Translations under genes and position numbers: made by a program
Source of the DNA: Candidatus Helarchaeota ASGARD archaeon Hel_GB_A
Lineage (GTDB): Archaea; Asgardarchaeota; Lokiarchaeia; Helarchaeales; HEL-GB-A
Assembly (NCBI GenBank): GCA_005191415.1
Contig: SUPS01000001.1
Coordinates: 1 to 52,512 of the forward strand
Direction of reading: 5' to 3'
Length of the DNA stretch: 52,512 bases
Shown: one piece after another, positions 51,812 through 52,512 of the stretch
How the letters are laid out: every line of letters starts with the position of its first letter
Position numbering within the stretch: position 1 is the stretch's first letter
The notes under the pieces: model-generated
Told to the model about the DNA's origin: nothing
The model's database searches: none
Seen by the model: only the letters and a program-made list of their open reading frames with translations

Positions 51812-52191
51812 CCTAATCGTGCTCTCTGTCTTTCTTTTTTTGCAGTTTTAATGATTAAACAATGTTTTACATTTGGATATTTAGTTTTGGTTTTCTCTAA
51901 AGTTGTAAAAAAATCATCGCCCACTTCTGCTATGGTTCCTTTGCAAATAGTCACATATTTATTCGGATACTCTCTAAATAACTTTTTTCTTTCTCTAATA
52001 TAAACTACATTATTTTCTATTCGTTCTTTTTGCTCAATATCACTATTTCCTCTCTGCTCTATTATCCATTTCAAAATAGCTTCTTCTAATGCTTTACTTA
52101 TTGCCCCTTTTTCATAACCAAATCGTTGCATTGCTAATTTCCGAAATTCCTGATTAATTTTCTCTGAAATTTCTCCTTTTAAAATCGTCAT
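51781..52191 (-). CDS. Ribbon-helix-helix (CopG-like) N-terminal domain fused to a DUF5678-like domain
   Basis: 136-aa ORF. ILKGEISEKINQEFRKLAMQRFGYEKGAISKALEEAILKWI fits strand-helix-helix. The C-terminal half (YPNKYVTICKGTIAEVGDDFFTTLEKTKTKYP) resembles DUF5678. 31-nt overlap with the protease gene. Confidence 0.5.
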   Translation of the reverse strand: MTILKGEISEKINQEFRKLAMQRFGYEKGAISKALEEAILKWIIEQRGNSDIEQKERIENNVVYIRERKKLFREYPNKYVTICKGTIAEVGDDFFTTLEKTKTKYPNVKHCLIIKTAKKERQRARLGWRIKRIQKK

Positions 52192-52347
52192 TTCTATTCA
52201 TCAAATTTATAATTTTAGTACTTAAATACTTATGTTCTAATGTATTAAAAATTATTTTATAGTCATAAAATAAAAACCAAAAAAATTTTATCACTATGAC
52301 CTATCGTTTCTCAAAAATTGAATTATTATTACAAGGGAAGTCGAATA

Positions 52348-52512
52348 TTGTACGATGTATTAAGGGAACTTATCATAGGATTCGATATTTCTCTAATTTT
52401 TATGAAAATTCTGCTTGCAGGATTCCTTTTTTATCATTGGTATCATCAAAGAGGGAAAAAAACTGGCTATCAAATATTATTAATTCTTGGAATTTTCATT
52501 CTCTCTTTGGCA
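52348..52512 (+). CDS. 5' fragment of a membrane-protein ORF running off the window
   Basis: Frame open from TTG at 52348 to the window end. Encodes hydrophobic segments (ISLIFMKILLAGFLFY, ILLILGIFILSLA). Weak evidence. Confidence 0.2.
   Translation, partial: MYDVLRELIIGFDISLIFMKILLAGFLFYHWYHQRGKKTGYQILLILGIFILSLA

Noticed and set aside
1-52512. Looked for CRISPR arrays, rRNA, tRNA, transposase/integrase genes and inteins
   Set aside because: No direct repeat occurs more than 2-3 times. There is no tRNA-like GTTCGAATC/T-arm context and no rRNA-like GC-rich block. No transposase or integrase motifs were seen in any listed ORF. The helicase and other large proteins have contiguous motifs without intein-like insertions.

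Overview
AT-rich (roughly one-third G+C by eye, not computed), densely coding archaeal chromosomal segment. The archaeal assignment rests on RNase P protein subunits Pop5 and Rpp30, ribosomal proteins L15e and L21e, RNA polymerase subunit F, Pus10, DUF655 and KsgA. I can support about 55 CDS. I saw no rRNA, tRNA or CRISPR array. Housekeeping blocks are COG1931-Rpp30-Pop5, Pus10-KsgA-HemK-like, L21e-RpoF-DUF655 and two Obg-family GTPases. They are interleaved with four other groups. Metabolism: an F420 cluster (nitroreductase-like gene, cofD, cofC), a 2-hydroxyacid dehydrogenase, a FabG-like SDR, two ADP-forming acyl-CoA synthetase alpha-like paralogues, a CrtI-like oxidoreductase, and a GH2 glycosidase with PfkB kinase, HAD phosphatase and cupin. 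Proteases: a membrane-anchored subtilisin, a JAMM protease, a C25 gingipain-like peptidase with a stand-alone prodomain paralogue, and a retropepsin-like protease. Toxin-antitoxin pairs: VapBC, and MNT-HEPN with the HEPN gene broken by an in-frame TAA. Helicase: a large archaeal SF2 enzyme. The most interesting content is a dispersed set of eukaryote-signature-like GTPase-platform or trafficking-type proteins. (i) A 1019-aa mosaic of a 7-blade FG-GAP beta-propeller, a beta-sandwich, a tandem winged-helix array, a longin-like domain and a zinc ribbon. (ii) A membrane-anchored paralogue of its longin-linker-wH module, which has no canonical start codon. (iii) A 356-aa protein whose pattern resembles folliculin/SMCR8-type longin+DENN proteins, including an ARG motif. 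(iv) A tandem pair of V4R/TRAPP(Bet3)-like proteins. This content suggests an Asgard (Loki-like) archaeon, but that is inference. All family calls come from motifs read by eye and remembered consensus patterns; no database search was run.
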